Origin: Octopus bimaculoides
Lineage: Eukaryota
Direction of reading: 5' to 3'
NCBI RefSeq assembly: GCF_001194135.2
Contig: NC_068998.1
Location: 40,908,932-40,941,764, forward strand
DNA: 32,833 bases
The notes under the pieces are model-generated. The model ran no database searches and was not told the DNA's origin. It saw nothing but the letters and a program-made list of their open reading frames with translations. Shown here one piece after another: positions 11,400-21,578 of this stretch; within the stretch, counting starts at the first letter, position 1, and every line of letters starts with the position of its first letter. A program made the translations under genes and the position numbers.

Positions 11400-11661
11400 G
11401 CTGGCATGGGTTGGATGGACGATATATATCTATGTGTGTATGTCTTTGTGCCTATGTCTGTCCCCGCTCCCCGCTATCATTACACAACTGGTGTTGATGA
11501 GTTCACGTCCCAGTAATGTAGCGGGTCGGCAACAGTGAGTAATAGAAAAAAGTACCAGACTTAACTAAACATAAGTACTGGGATTGATTCATTTGACTGA
11601 AAATTCTTCAAGGCAGTACTCCAGCATGGTTGGGGTTTTAATGACTGAAACAAGTAAAAGG
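11268..11661 (+). mobile_element. SINE family A, diverged and internally deleted
   Basis: GGTATGGCTGTGTAG...GGCTCAGTCCCACTACGTGGCATCTTGGGCAAG ... AATGACTGAAACAAGTAAAAG. Confidence 0.7.
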
Positions 11662-11689
11662 TAGTGTAACAATAATCCTTTCTACTATA

Positions 11690-12340
11690 GCCGTAAGTCA
11701 TGAAATTTTAAGGGGAGGGGCTGGCCGATTAAACTGACCCAAGTGCACAACTGGTACTTATTTCACTGATCCCGAAAGGATGAAAGGCAAAGCTGACCTT
11801 GGCAGAATAGGATCTCTGAACATAAAGACAAACAAAATGCTGCTAAGCATTTTGCCTGGCATGCTAATGACTTTTTTTTTTCTACTCTAGGCACAAGGCC
11901 CGAAATTTTTGGGGCGGGGGCCAGTCAATTAGATCGACCCCAGTATGCAACTGGTATCTAGTTTATCGACCCTGAAAGGATGAAAAGCAAAGTCGACCTT
12001 GGCAGAATATAAACTCAGAACGTAGAGACAGATGAAATACCGCTAAGCATTTCGCTTGGTGTGCTAACGTTTCTGGCANNNNNNNNNNTCGCTTGGTGTG
12101 CTAACGTTTCTTATTTCTTTATTGCCCACAAGGGGCTAAACACAGAGGGGACAAACAAGGACAGACAAGGAGATTAAGTCGATTACATCAACCCCAGTGT
12201 GTAACTGGTACTTAATTTATTGACCCCGAAAGGATGAAAGGCAAAGTCGACTTCAGCGGAATTTGAACTCAGAACGTAGAGACAGATGAAATACCGCTAA
12301 GCATTTCGCTTGGTGTGCTAACGTTTCTGGCAGCTTGCCA
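11690..12340 (-). mobile_element. three consecutive family B SINE copies (two with an alternative tail), with a 10-N gap at 12079-12088
   Basis: Core GAAAGGATGAAA(G/A)GCAAAG at about 11774, 11975 and 12227. Confidence 0.8.
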
Positions 12341-12393
12341 TGCTAATGATTCTGTCAGTTCACTGTAAAAATAATGCAAACATGCTGACTCAC

Positions 12394-12502
12394 CTTACCC
12401 AGACCGTTCAATATTACACAGATGAATCAGAATTTCTGTCACCAATGGTTGTTTCAGCAACATTCACCCAACAAATTTAACATATTTGATCAGCAACAAA
12501 AC
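12394..12502 (-). other. candidate internal exon (109 nt) of a minus-strand transcript
   Basis: Acceptor TTTGCATTTTCTCCACTCTTTGACAG with upstream CTTAC; overlapping donors GG|GTAAGG and AAG|GTGAGT; no frame is open end to end. Confidence 0.4.
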
Positions 12503-12871
12503 CTGTCAAAGAGTGGAGAAAATGCAAACACTTAGAGGTAAGCGTAAGGTAATATGCAGATCTACCCCCACCAGTTTATACAATGTCATCATTGTTACTT
12601 TGACCGTCCACTTGGGTAAATTTTCTATGGCCTGAAACCCTTCCTGGTACCAACTCTAGTCTAAGTGTATACATATGTGTGTGTATAGTATTTAATATTT
12701 AGCAGAAGCAACAGAGTGACAAGGACTGGGAGTTCTGTGTGTTGGCACTTATCAAACTTCATTGCTTCAACTAAATATTAATAGAATATACATATACACA
12801 CATTTTCAGTTCTATTTCCCATTTGCATCACCATACTTGTATGTACACACAAACATACATATATATATCTA

Positions 12872-13250
12872 TACTCTTTTACTTGTTTCAGTCATTTGAC
12901 TGCAGCCATGCTGGTGCACCGCCTTTAGTCGAGCAAATCGACCCCAGGACTTATTCTTTGTAAGCCTAGTACTTATTCTATCGGTCTTTTTTGCCAAATT
13001 GCTAAGTTACGAGAACGTAAACACACCAGCATCGGTTGTCAAGCGATGGTGGGGGGGACAAACACAGACACACATACATATATATACGACAGGCTTCTTT
13101 CAGTTTCCGTCTACCAAATCCACACACAAGGCTTTGGTCGGCCCGAGGCTATAGTAGAAGACACTTGCCCAAGGTGCCACGAGGTGGGACTGAACCCAGG
13201 ACCATGTGATTGGTAAGCAAGCTACTTACTACACAGCCACTCCTGCGCCT
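12872..13250 (-). mobile_element. SINE family A, young full-length copy
   Basis: Near-identical to 8002-8405. Confidence 0.9.
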
Positions 13251-13270
13251 ATTATCTATCTAACTATCTC

Positions 13271-13307
<37 letters not shown>

Positions 13308-13308
<1 letters not shown>

Positions 13309-13636
13309 GCAGACATGGCTGTATGACTAAGAAGTTTGTTTCTCAACCACATGGTTTCAGATTCAGTGCCCCTGTGCAGCACCTTGGGTAAGTGTCCTCT
13401 AATTATAGCTCCTGGCTGATCGAAGCCTTATGAGTCGATTTGGCAGATGGAAACTGAAAGAATCTTGTCACATACACATATATATATGTCTTTGTGTTTA
13501 TCTCCCACCATTGCTTGACAACCAATGTTGGTTTGTTTACATCTCAGCAACTTAGTGGCTTGGCAAAAGCGACCGACACAATATCGGATTTTAAGAAACA
13601 ACTACTGGGTTTGATTTGTTCCACTAAACCCTTGAA
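13308..13636 (+). mobile_element. SINE family A, diverged copy
   Basis: GACATGGCTGT...CACCTTGGGTAAGTGTC...GATGGAAACTGAAAGAA...GCTTGACAACC. Confidence 0.7.
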
Positions 13637-14244
13637 CAAGAACCTCAGGTACAAAAAAGGAATCGCATAGAAACAACATAACACATCCACCCAATTTACA
13701 AATAAGTCACAAATTTTATGGAAGTAGCTACTAAGATTAATTAAAATGAGTTAATTACTGCTTCATGATATATAAAATTAGTTTTATATGTATATCAGCA
13801 ATCCTTTGATATTGGTATACATCATTCACCCACATAACCATCCCTCATGACATAAAGAGGCTAAATTAGAATAAAGGGTGAATGACGTCGTCTCCTCATT
13901 CAGACACTCTTTAGACCAATACCGAAGGGGTGCCTATATATTTTATAAACAATAAAACACTGCACCTCGTAATTCTTGTAGACATCCCGCGACTCCACAC
14001 ATGGTGTAATAATACTTTGAAACAATGAGGGAGCCTGTGATTAGTAAGACTAATTAAACTAAGTCAATTACTGTTTTGTAGTGTTTTTTTTTATGAATAA
14101 TAAAACAATACTTTAGAATTTTTCTAGATATTTTTGGAGTTCAGTATATCGTTTCTATCTTGTTTTGTTCCGGAGCTTGTTTACGAAACATTACCGAATT
14201 CTTACCGTATTTTATCGTCAAGTGCTCGTAAAATAACAAAGATA

Positions 14245-14620
14245 ATGGCCTTAAATGTTGGCACAGGACCAGTAATTTTAGGGGAAGGTGGGGGGCAAGT
14301 CGATTACATCGATCACAGTACCTGATTGATAATATATTTTATCGACTCCGGAGGGACGAAAAACAAAATTGATCCCGGCGTGATTTGAATTCAGAACATA
14401 AAGGAGCCGAAAGAAACACCGCTAAGCATTTTCGTCCGACGCTCTCACAGTTCTGCCCAGCTGGAATAATTGTTTCAAATTCAAGCACAAGGCCAGCAAT
14501 TCCATAGGAGAAGTTTGTTGATACTATCGTAATCAGACTGGTATTTATTTTAAGGATGAAAGGATAAAAGGTAAAGCCGACCTCGGTGCTATGTGAACTA
14601 AAGAAAGTAAAGAGCCAGAA
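14245..14620 (-). mobile_element. two diverged family B SINE copies
   Basis: GTCGATTACATCGA..TTTATCGACTCCGGAGGG..GATTTGAATTCAGAAC; second copy GGATAAAAGGTAAAGCCGACCTCGG. Confidence 0.6.
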
Positions 14621-15143
14621 TAGCTCAAAGCTATGGAGGTTGTAGCTGATCAGACCAGCAGGATTATTTCATCGGTACTTTTGTTCGCCAAGATATTTTC
14701 AAACATTAAGTGCAATGTCTCATCGTGTAGAGTCATATTTAGTTTCTTACAAAATCAAATAAAAATATCATTTCGTCCACATCACAAAAAATACTAATAT
14801 TAAAATAGGACCCTGCTAAATTTCTTCCAACCACTTGAAGTATTTCAAATTTTCAGCAGATTACAAAAAATAACGAAAAACTCATCAATGTAGAAAATTT
14901 GAAAAAGTCTGAAAAATTTAACAACATTCTTTAATTATATTACAGATCGTTTTGCTGTTACAATTTCCTCTTCCCGCCACCTAAAAATTATTCCCGATTT
15001 TAAAATAAAAGCATCTCGTTTACTTAGACAACGTCTAAATAATGGATCGTGAATGGTAAATTAATTAAAGTAAACAAAATAGCAAAAATATTTAGGTTAA
15101 TTAATAATATATAATAAAAATGAAAGTAGAAATCTGAACTAAC

Positions 15144-15260
15144 CTGTAAACAATAAACAAACACAACACAAACTGATGAAGTTGAGCTCTTCTGTATGCA
15201 TGTGATTACAGAAGAGCGTCAAACTCCTGCAGGGAGATGACTCTCTTCCGGTTCTATCAG
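15144..15260 (-). other. candidate first exon of a minus-strand transcript (5' boundary uncertain)
   Basis: Donor TACAG|GTTAGT at 15144/15143; ETS-like CCGGAAG near 15245-15251; CpG-retaining surroundings. Confidence 0.3.
15173..15232. ncRNA. pre-miRNA-like 60-nt hairpin (candidate; strand unknown)
   Basis: 11-bp perfect core GCTCTTCTGTA/TACAGAAGAGC, 10-nt loop, extendable to about 22 bp on the minus strand. Not matched to a known miRNA. Confidence 0.35.
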
Positions 15261-15957
15261 AATTACAACGTGAAAGCTTATTGGGGCTTATTTCGATTTT
15301 TTTTTTTTTGTAAATTTAATCTTTTGTTTATTTACAAGCATTTTTACGGAAAGAAAAGCGTTAAAAGTATAAATGATAAAATTATCGATAAAACCACCTT
15401 ACCAAGGAAACAAAGAAACAAGAAAAGGCGGAATAAAGCAACAAAAATATGGGTGGCGGGAGAGCGTAGCAAATTGTAAATTCCAGACCGAATGACATGA
15501 AGACATCCAATTTAACTTGCTCGTATTTTTCAGGACATATCCTGGATTTAGGCGTCAAAATTTGCGTACAAAAAGAATTTAAAAAAATTTTTCAAGAGCC
15601 TGGAATTTTAGTTTATAACAGTTTGAAATCATATTTGAATTCTTTTTTTTCCGCGGTATGAAACGTTGGGACATACCAGCAGATGGTTCTTACACCATTT
15701 TGCATGTAGTTATAGAAGGCGATTTAGCTTACATCTGGCCTCGTTCTGGTATGCAGTGTTGACAAATCACAAAAAATGACGAAACATCGATCTCTATCTC
15801 TCCCGAATGGGGCCTGATGCAAGTTATCGCGCTTGTTCTATGACTTCCAGGTCTTTTAACACCAGATACATCGAGAGAATATATTCTCTTACGCCTTTAA
15901 GCGCAGCCTACCCACGAACTAGCAAAACACATACTACATACGGTGTACCCAGTGTAA

Positions 15958-16495
15958 GCTATGGACACACGAGGTGCAGTCGATTAATGGGAAGGTTATC
16001 AGAGAAGATAGTTTTCGTATGTGGAAGATGCACAGGATCCATAAAAAACTTTAGAGACTGAGGAAATTGATTCTCTCAAACGTCCTGGTGGCTCATTAGA
16101 AGTAGTAGATAATTTCTGCTACCTAGGGGACCAGATTAGTAGTGGGAGAGGATGCTCTGAGAGCGTGATAGCTAGAATAAGTATAGGATGGAGTAAATTC
16201 AGAGAGCTGTTACCCGTTGGCCATGAGGGTTTCTCTCTCCGAGTAAAAGGAAGATTGTATGATGCACGTATACGAGCAGTAATTCTACATGGTAGTGAGC
16301 CCTGAATGCAGAGGACATGCGAAGGTTAGAAAAGAATGAAGTGAGTTTGCTCCGCTGGATGTGTATATTAAGTATACATGTTCAACAGAATGCCAGTATT
16401 CTCAGAGAGCAGTTAGGCATAAGAGGAGTTAGTTGTTGCATGCAAGAGAGAAGACTGCGTTGGTTTGGTCATATGATGTGGATGAATGCTGACAG
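15958..16495 (+). mobile_element. RTE-clade LINE remnant (late RT and C-terminal region)
   Basis: Frameshifted translation LEVVDNFCYLGDQIS..ARISIGWSKFRELLP..KGRLYD..LHGSE..LLRWMC..RRLRWFGH. Confidence 0.85.
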
Positions 16496-16524
16496 GTTAT
16501 TAAGATTGCTGCGCCCAAGTGAAA

Positions 16525-16529
16525 TCTAT

Positions 16530-16580
<51 letters not shown>

Positions 16581-16624
16581 CCTGTCTGTCTGTCTGTATG
16601 TATGTATGTATGTATGTATGTATA
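16525..16624. repeat. compound (TCTA)n/(TCTG)n/(TATG)n microsatellite
   Basis: Direct reading. Confidence 0.95.
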
Positions 16625-16929
16625 TGTCTATGTGTGCGCGCGCGTGCACTCGCTTATACTTATGTTTCTGCTTTTATTATATCTATATAGGGATAGATAT
16701 AATAGATCTAAACTTTTGTAGGCAGTGCGTCAGTATGGGCGCAGCTCAATGAGCCAAACCAAGAAAAGAAAATATAACAAAACTGCGTAAAAGAGGAGAA
16801 ATACAAAAATTTTAAATCTAAGGGACTTAATCAGTACCAAAGGGAAACAACTCTTTATATTCTCTAAAATTTTGCTGTTAGATATAAAATTTCTTACAGT
16901 TGGAACACGGTGTCAAATTTTGTAGAATG

Positions 16930-17350
16930 GAACAGTTGATTATATCGACTTCATTACGTGCCTGGTACATTTATTTTATCAAGCCTGGAAGGAATGAAAA
17001 GCAAAATTGACCTCGGCAGGATTTAGCTTAAAAATTTTGTCAATCCACCGCCTTTTGAGGTAATCCACTTAAATATGAATGTCTCAGTTGCATGTCAATG
17101 GAAAGGTAACTGAGTTATCAAAGAAATGTTACAGTTTTGAAAGATTTTTCTAATTTGGTCTTTTAAAAGAGGATTGAAATGTGTTAGAAATATAACTATA
17201 TAATTCTTTCTAATAATAGGTAAAATTTTGGAGGAGAGGTAGTCGATTACATCAACGCCTGTACTTGATTAATGCTTATTTTATGGACCTCGAAAAAAAA
17301 AAAAATTAAAGGTGGGATTTGAACTCAGAACATAAAGCTGGAAGAAATAC
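16930..17350 (-). mobile_element. two old family B-related SINE fragments (about 16930-17030 and 17205-17350)
   Basis: GAAAAGCAAAATTGACCTCGGCAGGATTT; GTCGATTACATCAA..GGGATTTGAACTCAGAAC. Confidence 0.55.
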
Positions 17351-17693
17351 CGTGTAGTGATTTGTATGTTGACAATCCTGTCAATTAATTATATAATGCT
17401 ACCCCTTAAATAAAACTGTAAAAAAGACCTATATGAAACCACAACAAAAAATGGAACTTCTTTCGTCATCTTTTGATCTGCATTTCTACCATTACTGTGT
17501 CTTGTTTTCGATTAAAAATTCAAACATGGAAAACAAAACACACGCATGCATCAAAAGGTAAAAATTGATGAATGTAACTTAAGAAAATTTGATGTTACAT
17601 TTGGTGAAAGATTGTTTAAGCGAAGGGCTATTATTTAAACATAAAGATAAACATGAATACAATCCCATCCAGAAACGTTTGTATCAATGACCT

Positions 17694-18130
17694 AATGGCC
17701 TGACTATTTCACTAATATCAAATGAGGAGTGCGATAGGTATTTAGGAAGGGATGAAATATATCATATGAAGTGACATAAAGAACGTAAATAGAGAATACT
17801 ACACCAGAATAAAAATATATGGTCCTCAGAAGTTTCAGCTTGCAGTAAATCAACCGTCTACCAAGAATTAGCTGTACCAGTACTCATACCCACATTTGGT
17901 TAGTCTCTATTTAAACACGGAAATTATTGATATTAAACACGGAAATTATTTATTTACCAATATCAGAAATTTGCACGTTAACAATGATGTAGATAATCTC
18001 TACTTAAAACAAAAACAGAGCAGCAAAGATTTGATATCAGTTCAAACAGCCTTTACATGTCGTGTCATGTCGCATCACATCCCTTTGACTATATCCAAAT
18101 ATCGAAACTCAGCCATGGATCAAGTCTGTA
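17694..18130 (+). mobile_element. R4/Dong-like non-LTR retrotransposon RT-thumb remnant
   Basis: NGLTISLISNEECDRYLGRDE...LHVNNDVDNLYLKQKQSSKDLISVQTAFTCR resembles the YKYLG and DVDRLYLxRxxGGRGL motifs of RLE-type clades; many indels. Confidence 0.55.
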
Positions 18131-18688
18131 TACCGAAGGTACTTAGTATCACAGGAACTGAAAAGAAGCTTCTCAGAAAATAGTCTCTGATCGACAACCA
18201 TGAACACACAATCAGACAAGTTACACAACTCTTCTGTAACAGGTTAACGGGAGAAAAGCTGCGTGCATGTTAGCAAGAGACCTTGTTTTGTTGTATTCGT
18301 AGAAAGCTTAACAGTGAAAGTAGTATTGATAACTAAAGTAATCGTATCTCGGACTAAAAAAGCAGGGGATATTAACTTTCACTTTGAAGGATATGATTTT
18401 GCAACACGGAAGCAAGAAATAACAAAATATAAATAGGACATTTTGTCAGTCAAGGTTGACCATGCATCTGCATGTGTATGTGCAAGCTTAGGGGAAGATC
18501 TCTTTTTTAGGAAAACTGGAGCTACTTATGCATGCAAGCCTCACACGTCATCGCCTTCAACGTTTATCCAAGGGAAGAGCTATCAGCTTGGGCCAATACA
18601 GCCTAGTACTATTGTTGCCACAAATGTTGTCTTCAGAAGGCAAAGAGTTGGATCAGATATTATGAACATCTTGTTGGACCATCTCACA

Positions 18689-18840
18689 CAAGGGTCCCCG
18701 ACCACCGGGCCGCGAGTCATTTGGTACTGGGTTGCACAGAAAGAATGAATTCCAATTCTGAAATTTTATTTATATTTTATTCATTGTTGCAGTCTGAATG
18801 TTGTTTTTGCATTATGTATATGATAATAATAACAATAATG

Positions 18841-18878
<38 letters not shown>

Positions 18879-19002
18879 GATAATAATAATAAAATTATAT
18901 TATTCGCATTAGTGTGTTTTGTTATGCGCGTGATCCCCCGGTTCATGGAAAAATTGCATTGTATGAAGTCGGTCCGTGGTGCAAAAACGGTCGGGTCCGC
19001 TC
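18689..19002 (+). mobile_element. hAT/Charlie-like MITE with internal (AAT)n
   Basis: Ends CAAGGGTCCCCGACC and GGTCGGGTCCGCTC; subterminal GGTTCATGGAAAAATTG..GGTCCGTGGTGCAAAAA typical of Charlie-type MITEs. Confidence 0.6.
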
Positions 19003-19039
19003 TACTTACAGTTCTACGAACCCATCACCCTGGATTGGT

Positions 19040-19360
19040 TCTTTTTCTTATCGACCCCGAAAGGATTATCGGTAAAGTCGACCATAGTGTGATTTGAACT
19101 CAGAACGCAGAGGATCTGACCAAATGCTACAAAGTATTTTATCTAACGCTCTAACGGTTCTGCCAGCTCACCACCTTAAATAATTATTTTTGGCATAGCC
19201 ACAATGTCTGAAACATTGGGAGAGAGGGTTAGTCGAATCCATCGACCTCAGCGCTGAATTGGTACTTATTTCATTGACGCCGAAAAGATGAAAAGCAAAA
19301 TTGACCTCGGTGGGATTTGAATTCAGAATGTAAAGACGGACGAAATGCCGCCAAGCATTC
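19040..19360 (-). mobile_element. two diverged family B SINE copies
   Basis: TTATCGACCCCGAAAGG..GATTTGAACTCAGAACG; CCGAAAAGATGAAAAGCAAAATTGACCTCGG. Confidence 0.65.
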
Positions 19361-19749
19361 ACTGACTTAAATAGTAAAATACCTCATGCGCAGAAGGATT
19401 AAGGATGCATACAAATCACCCCTTCAAATGTGACAACCGATTCAGATTCAATAAAGCTTAACTTTAGAATGTCATCCACGTTATAAGTATGTTATGGTTG
19501 CATAACGAAATACGGTGTCCCTATAAGTTATTAATACGAATCTCAGCAATAACAGATTCCGTTACTGTGCCTCTATGTCTGCTTTTATTACTTCTTCAAA
19601 TATATTTGCACCCTCTAACGTTTTCTGAATATCTCAAATCACCAATGTCTGACCTTATCTCTTCCCACATTTATGTTATTTCACCTCTCTTTGATGATAT
19701 CGTCTTTGGTGTTTTCGAGGCTCATAACTCCTCGTAATTTACAGCTCAT

Positions 19750-20035
19750 CGTAACTCACATCTCCTCGTGACTCACATCTCCTCGTAACTCACATCTCCT
19801 CGTGACTCACATCTCTTCGTAACTCACATCTCCTCGTGACTCACGTCTCCTCGTGACTCACATCTCCTTGTAACTCACATCTCCTCGTGACTCACATCTC
19901 TTCGTGACTCACATCTCCTCGAGACTCACATCTCCTCGTGACTCACATCTCCTCGTGACTCACAACTCCTCGTGACTCACATCTCCTCGTAACTCACATC
20001 TCCTCGTGACTCACATCTCCTCGTGACTCACAACT
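19750..20035. repeat. 17-bp minisatellite, about 17 copies (CGTGACTCACATCTCCT)
   Basis: Units start at 19750, 19767, ... 20022; there are no spacers. Confidence 0.97.
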
Positions 20036-20339
20036 CGTGACGTTCACACTCATGATACTGACGCTACCCGTCCAGAAACTGAATCTTTTGTAATTCTCAG
20101 CTCCCCAAATCACACTTGTTTCACCCCCTACACTGACAGACACACAAATACTTCAAGCATTCGCGATTTCTTTCTCACATACCCAACTCAATTCTGTCGG
20201 ACCGTAACTGTCTCTGCCCCTGCCAGGTCGTGCGAACACTATGTCATCGGTCATGCACTTAAGTTATATGAAATAATTGTTGCCAATTTAGGCATAAAGT
20301 CAACTGTTTTGAGAGAATATGTCAGTGAATACCAAAAGT

Positions 20340-20490
20340 AATTGTCGATAATTGTCCGGTGCTTAAATTTAATAACTCCAGAGGGATGAAAAGCAACGTT
20401 AACTTCGGCAGAATTTAACTCAGAACGTAAAGAGCTGGAAGAAACACCACGATTTATTTTCCCCGACGCTCTACCGATTCAACGAATCCA
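20340..20490 (-). mobile_element. diverged family B SINE
   Basis: GAGGGATGAAAAGCAACGTTAACTTCGGCAGAATTTAACTCAGAACG. Confidence 0.6.
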
Positions 20491-20539
20491 CCAACGTTTA
20501 CTTAGACTCCCACATCTTTAGAGACGCAAGCGGCAACCA

Positions 20540-20955
20540 AAGTGTTCCAGTGATCTCGGTTCCTCGCTTCTCTCAATGCGTCATTCCATGTTCTGTCAAT
20601 CAGCTGCATGTCCCTTTTTATAGTTCGGTGCCCATTCATATTTGGGCATCCTCTCCGCCTCTTTCCATAGGTTTTACACCGAAGTTGGTTGGCGAGTCTC
20701 TCGCGTGGGAGTCATATTACGTGACTCAGCCAGTTCAGACAGTGTTTGCACACAAAGTCAAGCAAAGGTTGTTGGTTGGCTCGTTGTCGCACATCTTGGT
20801 TAGTGACGAGGTTACTCCATTTGATACCAAGAATTTTACGTATGTATCTTCTGTCAAAGGCCTCCGATCTCTTCTCTTGGGTGATTTTTATCTGCCATAT
20901 TTCGCAACTGTAGAGTTGACTGCACATTACTGTTGTAGAACCTCATCTTTGTCCT
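20540..20955 (-). mobile_element. RTE-clade LINE 3' coding remnant
   Basis: LYSCEIWQ..RRYIRKILGIKWSNLVTNQDVRQRA..LNWLSHV matches the RTE C-terminal region. Confidence 0.8.
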
Positions 20956-21029
20956 AGGATATGTAAAATAACGACAATTTGTCCATTTTCACTTTACATT
21001 TATTTTTATTATTGAAACATATTTTCGTA

Positions 21030-21230
21030 TATTTCTAATTTTGGCACGAGGCCAGCTACTTTGAGGAAAGAGGTGAGTCGATACCACCATTCCTAGTACT
21101 TCTCCGGTACTTAAATTTATCGACTCCGGAGAGATGAAAGGCAAAGTTGTTCTCGGGAGAATTTGAACTCAGAACGTGAACTGAAAGAAACAAAAGTTAT
21201 TTTTTCCGACGCTCTACTGATTCTGGCAAT
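21030..21230 (-). mobile_element. diverged family B SINE
   Basis: TTTATCGACTCCGGAGAGATGAAAGGCAAAG..GAATTTGAACTCAGAACG. Confidence 0.65.
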
Positions 21231-21350
21231 CCCTGAGGCACGTAAAATAACAACCGTTCGCTTATCTTCCCTTTTACACTAAGTTTTATTCTTAATACAT
21301 ATTTTCCATTCGTATTAATGACACTTGTTTGTTGCATAAAGGAAATAAAA

Positions 21351-21384
<34 letters not shown>

Positions 21385-21578
21385 TTGACATATTTGGAGG
21401 TAGTGTGGTGGGACTGTGCAAATCTTTCACCTTCCCCTCCTCCAAATCCAACCCAACTATATATTTTACAATGAAAATTTTTAAACAGGATACTAATACG
21501 AAATAGAATATAGCAAAGGCCAAGTAAATAATTCAGTGTACTCATACGGATTAGCAGACACCAGAATAATGATGTGTA

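Noticed and set aside
13883-13949. TGACGTC + CCAAT + TATA cluster as a plus-strand promoter
   Set aside because: Short motifs in AT-rich DNA with no downstream exon; the adjacent sequence may be a transposon end.
15173-15232. Hammerhead or C/D snoRNA starting at CTGATGA
   Set aside because: No GAAA after the stem and no downstream CTGA box D.
19750-20035. CRISPR-like array
   Set aside because: Head-to-tail repeats with no unique spacers, in a eukaryotic context.
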